A program made the translations under genes and the position numbers. From an uncultured Gemmatimonadales bacterium (lineage in GTDB: Bacteria; Gemmatimonadota; Gemmatimonadetes; Gemmatimonadales; GWC2-71-9), in assembly GCA_963828735.1 (NCBI GenBank), contig CAWHFW010000005.1, forward strand, positions 1,184,001 to 1,248,000: DNA of 64,000 nt, read 5' to 3'. Positions 27,004 through 37,195 of this stretch are shown piece after piece; positions within the stretch are counted from its first letter, which is position 1; each line of letters opens with the position of its first letter. Under the pieces are notes generated by a model. That model was given only the letters and a program-made list of their open reading frames with translations. It was not told the origin of the DNA and ran no database searches.

Positions 27004-29664
27004 TCAGGACTGAAGCGCTGCCACGGGTGGCCGGACCGCGCCGTGGCCGCGCACGACGCCCTCGACACGGCGGGACGGGTCGAGGCACGCCCGGGCCACC
27101 CTGAGCACGTCCTCGGCGGTGACGCCGCGGAAGGCCGCGCCCGGATCCACCAGGTCGCCGAGGCCGTTGCCCGCCATCCATGCCTCGAGAATCTCCGCCG
27201 CGACGGCGCCCCCGCTTTGCCGGCTCACCTCGGCCTGCCCCGCGAGAAAGTTCACCGCCTGGCGTAGCTCGCTCTCGCTCACCGGCTCGCGCGTAAAGCG
27301 ATCCAGCTCACGCAGCATCTCCTCCCTGGCTTCCTCCTCGCGCTCGGGCGAGGTCGCGATATACGTCAGGATCGCGCCGGCCCGCGCCTTGAGCCACGCG
27401 GTAGCGACGACGGTGTAGGCCAGCGACCGCCGATCCCGAAGTGCCTCGAACAAGCGGCCCCCCAGCCCGCTCGCCACCGCCGCCCACACCTGGGCCGCCG
27501 CTCGATCCGGATGTCGTCGGGGCAGACCGGGGAAGGCCATTGCGATGGCGGCTTGCGCCTTGTCCCGCGGGACGACCCGCGAGGGGGCCTCGGCGCCGTT
27601 CTCCCCCGCCATCCAATTCAGAACGGGCAGCACGCCTGTCCCCCCGCGCGGCGCGCCGCCGTCGAAGGCGTTCGCCAGTTCGGCCGACGCGCGCTCGGGA
27701 TCCACGTCACCGACGGCGATCACGATGGGCCGCACGTCGCCAAGCGCGCGTGCGTGCCACGCTCGGGTATCCGTCGCGGTAATCGCGGGGAGGGTGTGCG
27801 CGAGCCCGGAGACCGGCAGCCCGTACCCCTCCTCGCCGAACGCTTCGGCGAACGCGAGCTGGAACGGGTACCGGAACATGTCGTCGGCCACCTGCTCCGC
27901 TTCGGCGATCATCAGCCCGCGCTCCCGCTCCACGTCCGGCTCGTCCAGCCGCGGCGAGGTGTAGACCAGCTGGAGCAGACCGGCCGCCTCGGACAGGTGA
28001 TCAGCCAGGACGGACGTGCCGAATCCGAGCCAGTCGGTCATCGCAGACGGGCTCAGGGACCCACCCAGCCGCTCGAACGCGAAGGCGAGCGCGCCGGCGT
28101 CCAGGTCACCCGCGCCCCGGATCGCGCTTCGCACTGTGAGCGCGCCAATGCCCGCCTGCGCCGGCGGATCGAGCTGGACCCGTGGGACGTAGATCCCCAG
28201 ATGCACGAGCGGAACGCCGGCCTTCGGCCGGACCAGCAGATCGACGCCGGGAAGCGAGGTGTGAAGGACGTCCGCCTCGCGGCTACCAGTCGAAGCGCGC
28301 TTCGTGGGGAGGACACGCCGCGGCGCCACGTTCGCGGGCACCGCCTTCTCCGATCGGCGCAGCTCCGTCACCGCGAACGCCCCGCCGAGCGCGTCCGCGG
28401 TCAGCTCGGCGCCTTCGTCCTCCGGGAGATAGAGGACCGCCGACACCGCGTCCGGCTGGAGGTACCGTCCGGCCGTGGCGCGGACGTCGTCAGATCGGAC
28501 CGAGGCGATCGCCTCGAACTCGCGGTCGAGGAAGGTGTAGCCGTCCAGTGCCTCGGCGGCGGCGAGCGCGGACGCGCGACCGTCCATGGACTCGAGCCGG
28601 CGCGCCCAGCGAGCGCGAAGCAGCGTGCGAGCCCGGTCCATGTCGTCGTCCGTCGGACCGAGCAGTGCGAGTCGGTTGACCGAGGTCGCGATCGCGTCGA
28701 GCGCCGCCGGCACGCGCGCCGGCTCGAGCTCGGCCGCGACGCCGAATACGCCCAGGTCGGTCGGGGCGTAGTAGTGGGCCGTGATCGAGGTGACGAGGCC
28801 GCTCTCGCGGAGCCCGCGGTAGAGCCAGCTGCCCCGGCCGGCGCCCAGCACGGCGCCCGCGACGTCGAGTGCCGGGGCCGCGGCGTCGAGCGGCGGGGCC
28901 GCCCGCCATCCGAGCGAGAGCTCGGCCTGATTCACGTCGCCGCGCAGGGTGCGGACCCGAATCTCACGGTGCTCGGGCTCCGCCGGCGATGGATCCACCG
29001 CGCCGGGCGCGGCCGGCCAACGGCCGTAGACTTCGCGGGCGCGCGCTATGGCCTCGGCCGGCTCCACTGCGCCGACGATGGACACGATCGTGCGCTCCGG
29101 CACGTACCGCGAGGCGTAGTAGCCGTGGACGTCGGCGCGCCTGAAGCCGGCCAGTTGGGCCTCGTGGCCGATGCGCCACCGGCGAATCCGGTGATGATCA
29201 AACATCACTTCGTGCAGCGTCTCGTAGGCGACGGCTGACGGCGTGTCGAGCTTCCGCTTCGCTTCCTGGATGATGACCTGGAGCTCGCGGGCCAGCTCGG
29301 TCTCGTCGATCAATGAGTTGAGGAGGGCGTCGGCCTGGATATCCAGCGCCTCGGCAAAGCCGGACGCCGGGAGGACGGCGAAGTACGTGGTGTGATCGTA
29401 GCTCGTGCTGGCGTTGAGGTAGCCGCCGGCGCTCTTGGTCTCCCGGGCGATCGCCCCCACGCCGCGGCGCGGAGTGCCCTTGAAGAACATGTGCTCCAGC
29501 ACGTGCGAGATGCCGGCCCATCGGTCGGGCTCGTCGAAGAAGCCCGCCCTCACGTGCGTCACCACCGCCACCACCGGCGCCGAGCGGTCCTCCTGCGCCA
29601 GCAAGGTCAGTCCGTTCGGCAGCACCTCCCGGCGGACGCCGTCGGTCCAGCGCGTCCGCGCCAC
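27004..29664 (-). CDS. M16 family (pitrilysin/insulinase) zinc protease, two-module
   Basis: LPNGL, GISHVLEHMFFKGT (HxxEH), NASTSYDHT, RLFEALRDRRSLAY. Confidence 0.9.
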   Translation of the reverse strand: MARTRWTDGVRREVLPNGLTLLAQEDRSAPVVAVVTHVRAGFFDEPDRWAGISHVLEHMFFKGTPRRGVGAIARETKSAGGYLNASTSYDHTTYFAVLPASGFAEALDIQADALLNSLIDETELARELQVIIQEAKRKLDTPSAVAYETLHEVMFDHHRIRRWRIGHEAQLAGFRRADVHGYYASRYVPERTIVSIVGAVEPAEAIARAREVYGRWPAAPGAVDPSPAEPEHREIRVRTLRGDVNQAELSLGWRAAPPLDAAAPALDVAGAVLGAGRGSWLYRGLRESGLVTSITAHYYAPTDLGVFGVAAELEPARVPAALDAIATSVNRLALLGPTDDDMDRARTLLRARWARRLESMDGRASALAAAEALDGYTFLDREFEAIASVRSDDVRATAGRYLQPDAVSAVLYLPEDEGAELTADALGGAFAVTELRRSEKAVPANVAPRRVLPTKRASTGSREADVLHTSLPGVDLLVRPKAGVPLVHLGIYVPRVQLDPPAQAGIGALTVRSAIRGAGDLDAGALAFAFERLGGSLSPSAMTDWLGFGTSVLADHLSEAAGLLQLVYTSPRLDEPDVERERGLMIAEAEQVADDMFRYPFQLAFAEAFGEEGYGLPVSGLAHTLPAITATDTRAWHARALGDVRPIVIAVGDVDPERASAELANAFDGGAPRGGTGVLPVLNWMAGENGAEAPSRVVPRDKAQAAIAMAFPGLPRRHPDRAAAQVWAAVASGLGGRLFEALRDRRSLAYTVVATAWLKARAGAILTYIATSPEREEEAREEMLRELDRFTREPVSESELRQAVNFLAGQAEVSRQSGGAVAAEILEAWMAGNGLGDLVDPGAAFRGVTAEDVLRVARACLDPSRRVEGVVRGHGAVRPPVAALQS

Positions 29665-29668
29665 GCCG

Positions 29669-30787
29669 CTACTGCACGATCCGCAGCACGCCAGCCTCGG
29701 CGCTGCCGCGAATGAAGGCCTCCGCATCCGTGGTGGGGATGACGACGCCGGTCTCGGCATGGCCCCGCCGCGCGAGGCTGGCCATGAAATCACTCAGGGA
29801 GCCGGCGGCCCAATCGCGGTCGGCGGCCTTCATCTGCAGCAGGATCTCGTCCCAGCTCCCCCGGATCGGCTGTCCCGCGAGGGTCACGACCAGATGCGAC
29901 TCGCCCAGCGCGGGCTTCTTCTGCATTGCGTGCAGCTCGCTCAGGAGCGTGCCGAACAGCTCCAGCTGGTGAGGGTCCCGCACCCCGCCGTCGGCCTGCT
30001 GCGCCTCGACCTCGGCGAGCAGCATGTCGATGGCGTCCGGCTCTCCCGCCACCTCGCCCAGCCGCGTGAGCCAGGGCGCCAGCTCCGGATCCTCGTCCGG
30101 CAATCGGTAGATGGTCTTCTTGAGCTCGATGTGCCGCCAGATGCCGAGCTCGTCAAAGTGATCGTCGGGCTGGGTGCGCTCGAGTTGATGGAGTGCCGCC
30201 TCGGTCTCGCCGCGATCGTAGAGCAGGTTGGCCAGGTAGATTCGCGCCTCGGCGTACGACCCATCGAGCTCGAGCGCGCGCCTGAGCCAGTACAGCGAGC
30301 CGGCATCGTTCCCCAGCCGGTGCGAGGCGTAGCCCAGGCAAGCGGCCGCGTCCGGCGAATCCGGGTGGGCCGATGCGGCGAGATCGAAGAACCGGTGCGC
30401 GGGCGCGATGTGCCCCTCGCGGAAGAGCGCCCGACCCACCTGCAGCATCAGCTCGTGATCGTCCTCGAAGCCAAGCTGGAGGATCCGCTCGAAGGCGCGC
30501 ATGGCGCCGGGCCGGTCGCCCAGCTTGAGGAGGCTTTCGCCCAGGCCGGCCAAGCCATCCTCGTGGTCCGGGTCGAGCGCCAGGGCATGCTCGAAGCTCC
30601 GCCGGGACCAGGCGTATTCCTCCCGGGCCAAGTGGGCGTAAGCCCTGCCGATGTGCAGTTCGACGGAGTGGGGGTAGAGGGAAATGCCTTCTTTGAGGAT
30701 CAACAGCGCTTCATCGTACCGGCCTTCGTTATAGAGTTGATGGGCTTGTTCGTCGAAGTCGTCGGAGCTGAGGAAGGCATCCGACAT
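29669..30787 (-). CDS. Tetratricopeptide repeat protein
   Basis: Multiple TPR units (ALALDPD, ALELDGSYAEA); GGAGG SD before ATG 30787. Confidence 0.82.
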   Translation of the reverse strand: MSDAFLSSDDFDEQAHQLYNEGRYDEALLILKEGISLYPHSVELHIGRAYAHLAREEYAWSRRSFEHALALDPDHEDGLAGLGESLLKLGDRPGAMRAFERILQLGFEDDHELMLQVGRALFREGHIAPAHRFFDLAASAHPDSPDAAACLGYASHRLGNDAGSLYWLRRALELDGSYAEARIYLANLLYDRGETEAALHQLERTQPDDHFDELGIWRHIELKKTIYRLPDEDPELAPWLTRLGEVAGEPDAIDMLLAEVEAQQADGGVRDPHQLELFGTLLSELHAMQKKPALGESHLVVTLAGQPIRGSWDEILLQMKAADRDWAAGSLSDFMASLARRGHAETGVVIPTTDAEAFIRGSAEAGVLRIVQ

Positions 30788-30869
30788 CGGCGGTCCTCCC
30801 GCTGGTAGGTTGATGCAAACTAGGGACTTGAGGCGACGGGAGCAAGAGAAGGCGGTGCGAGGTCGGCCC

Positions 30870-30911
30870 TTGACGGGAGCCTGGGTTCGCATATCTTACT
30901 GACCGGTCAGT
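30870..30911 (+). promoter_or_regulatory. sigma70 promoter plus TetR-type operator
   Basis: TTGACG-N16-TATCTT directly followed by perfect palindrome ACTGACCGGTCAGT (30898-30911). Confidence 0.7.
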
Positions 30912-30919
30912 TACTAATT

Positions 30920-31597
30920 ATGAAGCGGGTAGCCGTGTCTCATCCCGATGCCCCCTCCTCCACATCTCGACGCTGGCAGCGTCGGCCTGAGGCCCGCCCC
31001 GAGGAGATCCTCGACGCCGCCCTGACCGTCTTCGGCGAGTCCGGATTTGCCCGCGCCAAGATCGACGACGTCGCACGCCTCGCCGGCGTCAGCAAAGGCA
31101 CCGTCTACCTCTACTTCGACTCGAAGGAGTCGCTGTTCCGCGAGATGGTGCGAGCCAAGGTAGTGGCCTCGCTCGCGGAAGCCGAGGCGTTCGTGCGCAC
31201 CTACGAGGGATCCGCACGCGGGCTCCTGGTGGAGGTGATCAGGCAGATGTACACCCGGGTGCGGCGCGAGCCGATCATGCAGCTCGCCAGGGTCGTCCAG
31301 GGTGAGCTGCCACACTTTCCCGAATTGGCCCGCTTCTACTTTGACGAGGTGATCCTCCGCGCCCGGCGTCTCGTCGAGCAGGTGCTGGAGCGCGGCACGG
31401 CTACGGGTGAGTTCCGGCCGAGCGCGACCGGCTTCGCGGCACGGGGCCTGTCCTCGATGCTGGTGCACACCGCCCAAGTCCAGTGCTTTTTCCAACGCTT
31501 CGATCCGCAGGCGCTCACCGAGGAGCAGGCGGTCGAAGGGCTCATTGACCTGTACCTCCACGGCGTGCTGGCGCATCCCGCGGAGCCCCTGAGGTGA
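30920..31597 (+). CDS. TetR/AcrR family transcriptional regulator
   Basis: ILDAALTVFGESGF...DDVARLAGVSKGTVYLYFDSKE HTH. Confidence 0.92.
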   Translation: MKRVAVSHPDAPSSTSRRWQRRPEARPEEILDAALTVFGESGFARAKIDDVARLAGVSKGTVYLYFDSKESLFREMVRAKVVASLAEAEAFVRTYEGSARGLLVEVIRQMYTRVRREPIMQLARVVQGELPHFPELARFYFDEVILRARRLVEQVLERGTATGEFRPSATGFAARGLSSMLVHTAQVQCFFQRFDPQALTEEQAVEGLIDLYLHGVLAHPAEPLR

Positions 31598-32925
31598 GCG
31601 CCATGCGCCGCTCGTCGTCCCGCTTCGCGCCCGTCGTGCTCGCGCTGATGCTCACCGTCGCTCCCGCCGCGGCGCAGCAGCCGGGCGTGCCGCAAGGCCC
31701 GGTCACGCTCCTGCAGGCGATTTCGCTCGGGCGAAGTCAGGGCGTGAACGCCGCCATCGCCCAGCTCAATGTCCGCACCGCCGATGCGCGCGTCGGGCAG
31801 CGGCGCGCCGATTTGTTGCCGAGCATCAGCGGGAACGCCGCCTACACCAACCAGAAGCTGAACCTCGAAGAGTTCGGGTTGCCCGGCGTCACCGGCGTGA
31901 CTGACCCGTTCAACATCTACCGCCTGCAGCTCAAAGCCTCGCAGACGATCTTCGACGCGTCGGCCATCGGGCGGGTGCGCGCGGCGCGCGACACCGCGGT
32001 CGCCGCCGGTCTGGATGCCCGCGCAGCCGGCGAGCTCGCGGGCGCGACCGCCGGCTTCGCCTACCTGCAGGCCTTGAGCGCGCGCGAGACCGTGCGGGCC
32101 CGCGAGGCCGACAGCACGATCGCGGCGACCCTGCTCGACCAGGCCCGCCAGCTGGTGGGCGCTGGCGTGAGCCCGGCCATCGACCAGACCCGAAGCGAGG
32201 TGAGCTTCGCGTCCGTGCGGACGCAGCTCGAGCTGGCGCGGAACGCGGCGAACCGGTCCCGCCTCGATCTCCTGCGCACGCTCGACCTGCCCTCCGGTAC
32301 CCGGATCGAGCTGGCCGACTCTCTCGGCCCCGGCGCGCTGGACTTGCCGCTCGATCCGGATTCAGCCGCCGGATTCGCGCGTGAGCATCGGGCCGAGCTC
32401 GCAGCGGAGCGGGCGCGGACGCAGGCGGCCCACCGTTCGCTGGGAGCCATTCGCGCCGAGTACCTGCCGAGCCTCGGCCTGAGCGGCCAGTACCAGCAGA
32501 CGGGTCAGACGACGGGCAGTCTCGCGGGGACGTACAACGTCCAGCTCCAGCTCACCGTCCCGATCCTCGACGGCTTCCGTCGGCAGAATCGGGTCGAGGA
32601 ACAGGACCTTCGCGTGCAGATCCAGGAGATCCGCGAGCGGGACCTGGTCAATCAGGTGGAGACCGAGGCCAGGCAGGCGGTGCTCGACGTCGCCTCGGCC
32701 CAGCAACAGGTGGCCATCGCCGGCGACCGCCTGCGTCTCGCCGAGCAGGAGCTGGCGCAAGCGCAGCAGCGCTTCCAGGCTGGCGTCGCGGGAAGCGTCG
32801 AGACGACGAACGCGCAGAGCTCGGTGATCTCGGCGCGCGACGCGCTGATTCAGGCGAGGGTCAACTTCGGCACCGCTCGCGTCAGCGCGTATCGCTCGCT
32901 CGGCGTGATCGACCAGCTGCATTAA
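31594..32925 (+). CDS. TolC family outer-membrane efflux protein
   Basis: Signal peptide; LLPSIS, YLPSLGL, VPILDG repeats; operon context. Confidence 0.88.
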   Translation: MSAMRRSSSRFAPVVLALMLTVAPAAAQQPGVPQGPVTLLQAISLGRSQGVNAAIAQLNVRTADARVGQRRADLLPSISGNAAYTNQKLNLEEFGLPGVTGVTDPFNIYRLQLKASQTIFDASAIGRVRAARDTAVAAGLDARAAGELAGATAGFAYLQALSARETVRAREADSTIAATLLDQARQLVGAGVSPAIDQTRSEVSFASVRTQLELARNAANRSRLDLLRTLDLPSGTRIELADSLGPGALDLPLDPDSAAGFAREHRAELAAERARTQAAHRSLGAIRAEYLPSLGLSGQYQQTGQTTGSLAGTYNVQLQLTVPILDGFRRQNRVEEQDLRVQIQEIRERDLVNQVETEARQAVLDVASAQQQVAIAGDRLRLAEQELAQAQQRFQAGVAGSVETTNAQSSVISARDALIQARVNFGTARVSAYRSLGVIDQLH

Positions 32926-32964
32926 CCGCGCTTCGGCGCAACGAGAAACGCGACGAGAACGACT

Positions 32965-34062
32965 ATGGCAACCGATATCGCGATGGACGTGCCGGCCACG
33001 GCGGAGCCCGCCACCACGCGGAGCTGGACGCGCCGCATTCCCCTGGTGATCGGGGTGCTCCTGGTGATCGCGCTCGCCACCTGGGGCGTACGCCGGTGGG
33101 TCTACAGCCGGACTCATGTGAGCACCGACAATGCGCAGGTGGACGGCCACATCACGGCCATCGCCCCGCGCATCGCGGGATTCATCGACCGCGTTCTGGT
33201 GGACGAGAACCAACACGTGAGGTTGGGCGACACGCTCGTCGTGCTCGACCGGCGGGACCTGATCAACCGCGTGGAGCAGGCCGAGGCGGACCTTCGGAAC
33301 GCGCAGGCGGCCGTAGGCTCGCGCAAAGCCGCCGGCCAGGCGCAGGCACAGCTCCAGGCCACGCGTGCCGAGGCGGCATCGGCACAGGCTTCGATCGCCG
33401 CGGCCGAAGCGAACTACCACCAGGCCAGCGCCGACTACGAGCGCTATCGCGGACTCGCCGCGTCCAAGATCATCTCCGCCCAGCAGCTCGACGCAGCCGA
33501 GAGCGCGCGTGACGCCGCGGCGGCCAATCTCGAGGCTGCGCGGCGGCAGGCTGCCGCCGCCGGAAGCCAGGTCTCGGCCTCCGGCGCCGCGCTCCGGGGC
33601 GCCGACGCGCGCCTCGCCGCGGCGCAGTCCGCCGTGGACAACGCGAAGCTTCAGCTCAGCTACGCAACGCTGCTCGCGCCGAACTCCGGCGTCGTGGCCA
33701 AGCGAAATGCGGAGCCGGGGGCGCTGGTGCAGGTCGGGCAGAACCTGCTCTCGCTCGTTCCGGAGGAGGATGTCTGGGTCACCGCGAATCTCAAGGAGAC
33801 GCAGCTCGCCAAGGTGGCGGTGGGTGACGACGCCGAGTTCAGCGTGGACGCGTACCCCGGTCGGACGTTCCGTGGCAAGGTGGAAAGCTTGAGCCCGGCG
33901 ACGGGGGCCCGGTTCTCCCTGCTTCCCCCGGACAATGCGACCGGGAACTTCACCAAGGTCGTGCAGCGCGTTCCGGTGCGCGTCGCGGTGGACAACACGA
34001 CGGACGCAACCCACCCGCTGCGCCCGGGGATGTCGGTCGAAGTCACGATCACGACCCGCTGA
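32965..34062 (+). CDS. HlyD/EmrA family membrane fusion protein
   Basis: STDNAQV, FSLLPPDNATGNFTKVVQRVPVR, LRPGMSV. Confidence 0.92.
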   Translation: MATDIAMDVPATAEPATTRSWTRRIPLVIGVLLVIALATWGVRRWVYSRTHVSTDNAQVDGHITAIAPRIAGFIDRVLVDENQHVRLGDTLVVLDRRDLINRVEQAEADLRNAQAAVGSRKAAGQAQAQLQATRAEAASAQASIAAAEANYHQASADYERYRGLAASKIISAQQLDAAESARDAAAANLEAARRQAAAAGSQVSASGAALRGADARLAAAQSAVDNAKLQLSYATLLAPNSGVVAKRNAEPGALVQVGQNLLSLVPEEDVWVTANLKETQLAKVAVGDDAEFSVDAYPGRTFRGKVESLSPATGARFSLLPPDNATGNFTKVVQRVPVRVAVDNTTDATHPLRPGMSVEVTITTR

Positions 34063-34072
34063 CGGACCGATC

Positions 34073-35656
34073 GTGGCCACCCTGGCGCTGCCGGCCCGCC
34101 CGCCGGTGCTTTCCCGCGAGCAGATCTATCGCTCGCGCTACCTCATCGCGTTCGCGGTGACGCTCGCGAGTGTGCTCGAGCTGGTCGACACGAGCATCGT
34201 CAACGTCGCAATCCCGCATATGATGGGCAACCTGGGCGCGACCCTCGACGAGGTCGCTTGGGTGAGCACCGGCTACATTGTCGCCAACGTGATCGTGCTG
34301 CCGCTGACGAGCTGGTTCTCGGACCGGTTCGGGCGACGGAACTACTACACCGGCTCCATCCTGCTCTTCACCCTCGCGTCGTTCTTCTGCGGAGCCGCCC
34401 GTTCGCTCGAGGGGCTGGTGCTCTGGCGGGTGATCCAGGGCATCGGCGGCGGCGCGCTGATCAGCACCGCCCAGGCCATCCTGTTCGACGTCTTCCCGGT
34501 GCGCGAGCGCGGGACCGCCATGGCCATCTTCGGCATGGGCGTGATGGTCGGTCCCACCCTGGGGCCCACGCTCGGCGGCTGGATCACCGACAACTACTCC
34601 TGGCCCTGGATCTTCTACATCAACGTGCCCCTCGGCCTCCTCGCCGCGGGGCTGACATGGCGGTCGGTGCCGGAGCCCGCGCACCTGATTCGCCGCACAC
34701 GCGTGGATTGGCCTGGCCTGGCCCTGCTGATCGTGGGCATCGGGTCACTGCAGGTTCTGCTGGAGCGCGGCGAGAGCAAGGACTGGTTCGATTCGCGGGA
34801 GATCATCATGGAGGCCGCGGCGGCCGCGATCGGGCTGGCCGCGTTCGTCTGGCACGAGCTGAGGACCAGGGACCCGATCGTGGACCTGCGGATCCTGCGC
34901 AACCGACAGCTCGCCGGCGGAGTCACCTTCGCCGTGATCTTGGGCTTCGCGCTCTACTCCAGCGTTTTCGCGCTCCCGGTCTTCCTCCAGAACCTTCTCG
35001 GCTACTCGGCCTGGGACACGGGCCGCGTGATTCTTCCCGGCGCCATCGCGAGCGCCTTCACGATGGCGTTGATGGGTCGCCTGAGCGCCCGGGTCGACGC
35101 GCGCCTCCTGGTGACGACCGGAGTGCTGCTGTTCCTCTGGTCGATGTGGCTCCACTACCACCTGACCACCGCGATCGGGGTTCACGACCTCTTCTGGCCC
35201 ATGGTGCTGCGCGGCGTGGGGCTCGGGTTCATCTTCGTGCCACTCACGGGAGCGTCGGTCGCGGACCTGCGGCCGGACCAGCTCGCCCAGGGGACGGGGC
35301 TGTTCAATCTCTCCCGTCAGCTCGGCGGCAGCTTCGGCATCGCCGTGACGGCGACACTGCTCTCACGATTCACCGAACAGAGTCGCGAGGCGTTGCTGCC
35401 GCATCTTGCGACCGGGAGCCCTGCGGCCACCAGCTGGCTGGAGCAGGCCACCAGGCGTCTCGTCGCCCTCGGCGGCTCGCTGCCGGAAGCCCAGCAACGA
35501 GCCCAGGCCTTGCTCGAGGCCACGCTTCGGCAACAGGCGTCCATGGTGGCGTTCGAGAAGGTGTTCCTTACCATGGGCATCACCTTCGTGGCGGCGTTGC
35601 CTCTCCTGCTCCTGTTCCGCACCGGCCGGGTCCGTGGAGGCGCGGCGGCCCACTGA
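34073..35656 (+). CDS. DHA2 family (EmrB/QacA) MFS efflux permease
   Basis: DTSIVNVAIP, WVSTGY, GPTLGPTLGGWITDNYSWPWIFYINVP. Confidence 0.92.
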   Translation: MATLALPARPPVLSREQIYRSRYLIAFAVTLASVLELVDTSIVNVAIPHMMGNLGATLDEVAWVSTGYIVANVIVLPLTSWFSDRFGRRNYYTGSILLFTLASFFCGAARSLEGLVLWRVIQGIGGGALISTAQAILFDVFPVRERGTAMAIFGMGVMVGPTLGPTLGGWITDNYSWPWIFYINVPLGLLAAGLTWRSVPEPAHLIRRTRVDWPGLALLIVGIGSLQVLLERGESKDWFDSREIIMEAAAAAIGLAAFVWHELRTRDPIVDLRILRNRQLAGGVTFAVILGFALYSSVFALPVFLQNLLGYSAWDTGRVILPGAIASAFTMALMGRLSARVDARLLVTTGVLLFLWSMWLHYHLTTAIGVHDLFWPMVLRGVGLGFIFVPLTGASVADLRPDQLAQGTGLFNLSRQLGGSFGIAVTATLLSRFTEQSREALLPHLATGSPAATSWLEQATRRLVALGGSLPEAQQRAQALLEATLRQQASMVAFEKVFLTMGITFVAALPLLLLFRTGRVRGGAAAH

Positions 35657-35740
35657 CGGGCGCCTCGGCCTGACGGTCGCGTCGAGCGACGCACTTCCGG
35701 GTACCCGTGCGCCCCTTCCGGCGGCGGGTATGTTTGATTC

Positions 35741-37195
35741 GTGACCTTCCAGCGGAAGCTCCTCTTCGGTTTCTCTCTTATGGTCCTCCCCGCCCTGCTC
35801 GTCGGGGCGGAGGCCATTCGCAGCAACTCGCTGGAGCGTCGGGCGCTCACGGCGCTCGGCGAGAGCATGGCGCGGACCCGCACCTACGCCGAGCTCGAGA
35901 CCGCGATGTTCGATCAGACCGAGCTGGTTTGGCGCTACCTCAGCGGCCTCGACGCCACCGCCCGGCAGGAGTTCGTGCTCACCGGGCAGGTGGTGGACTA
36001 CTGGCAGGACCGCTGGCGGGCCGAGCTCAAGCCGGGGGAGGTGGCGCTGGCGGATGGGGTGGCCGGCATCCAGCGTCAGATCGTGGCCGTGTCGGACAGC
36101 GTCTTCCACCTTGCGGACGCCGGCCACCGCGTCGAGGCGTACCGCCTCGCTCAGCGTGAGCTCAAGGGCCGGCTGCAACCCGCGCTCACCCAGATGAACC
36201 GGGAGATTTATCGGCGCGCCCGCGAGTCCAGCGTGAAGGGAGCCTACAGCCGCCTCGAGGAGATCCTGGCGGCCGAAGGCCGCACGCTGGTAGCCATTAT
36301 CGCGCTCTCGCTCGCGGCGGGCCTCGCGGCGAGCTGGCTCATCTCGCGAAGCCTCGCCCGACCGGTCGCTAACCTCACGCGCGCCATGGCGGTCGTCGGC
36401 GGGGGCGATCTCGATCACCCCATCCAGGCCACTTCGCGCGACGAGATCGGGGATCTCGCCCGCGCGCTGGAACGAATGACCGCCAAGCTCCGGGAGTCGC
36501 GCCAGCAGTTGGTCCAGGCAGAGAAGCTCGCCTCCATCGGTGAGATGTCGGCGGCGGTGGCGCACGGCCTCAGGAATCCGCTCGCGAGCCTCCGGGCGGC
36601 GGCCCAGCTGGTGCGGCGCCACCCCGGCTCGCCGTCCGCCACGGAGCACCTCGATGCCATCATCGAGGAGGTGGACCGGCTGGACCGCCGCATCAGCCAC
36701 CTGCTCAGCTTCAGTCGCCCGGCGCCGTTCCACCCGGTGAGCGAGAGTGTGCCGCGGCTCATCGAGGAGCTCCTGCCCGCGGTCGCCCAGCCCATCCACG
36801 AGCAGCATGTGGATCTGGAAATGGCGGTCCCGGCGACACTTCCGCAGGTGAGGGTGGATCCCATGCAGGTCGAGCAGGCCATCCTGGAGATCGTCTCCAA
36901 CGCGCTCGACGCGATGCCTAGGGGCGGAAAGCTCCGGATCGGCGCCTTCGTGTCCGACGGCGCGGAGCCCGGCGCTGTCGTGGTGGAAGTGACGGACACC
37001 GGCGGCGGCATCCCGGACCACGTGTTGCCGTCCGTGTGCGAGCCGTTCTTCACGACGCGACAGGAGGGGACCGGTCTTGGCCTGGCGATCGCGAAACGCT
37101 ATGTGGAGATGAACGGCGGCCGCCTCGAGATCGCGAGCCGCGCCGGCGTCGGCACCACCGTGCGGGTCCGCCTGCCGACGGAGCACGCCCCATGA
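35741..37195 (+). CDS. HAMP-containing sensor histidine kinase (NtrB-like)
   Basis: Two TMs, HAMP (DEIGDLA), H-box AHGLRNPL, D.GGGI, GTGLGL. Confidence 0.92.
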   Translation: MTFQRKLLFGFSLMVLPALLVGAEAIRSNSLERRALTALGESMARTRTYAELETAMFDQTELVWRYLSGLDATARQEFVLTGQVVDYWQDRWRAELKPGEVALADGVAGIQRQIVAVSDSVFHLADAGHRVEAYRLAQRELKGRLQPALTQMNREIYRRARESSVKGAYSRLEEILAAEGRTLVAIIALSLAAGLAASWLISRSLARPVANLTRAMAVVGGGDLDHPIQATSRDEIGDLARALERMTAKLRESRQQLVQAEKLASIGEMSAAVAHGLRNPLASLRAAAQLVRRHPGSPSATEHLDAIIEEVDRLDRRISHLLSFSRPAPFHPVSESVPRLIEELLPAVAQPIHEQHVDLEMAVPATLPQVRVDPMQVEQAILEIVSNALDAMPRGGKLRIGAFVSDGAEPGAVVVEVTDTGGGIPDHVLPSVCEPFFTTRQEGTGLGLAIAKRYVEMNGGRLEIASRAGVGTTVRVRLPTEHAP

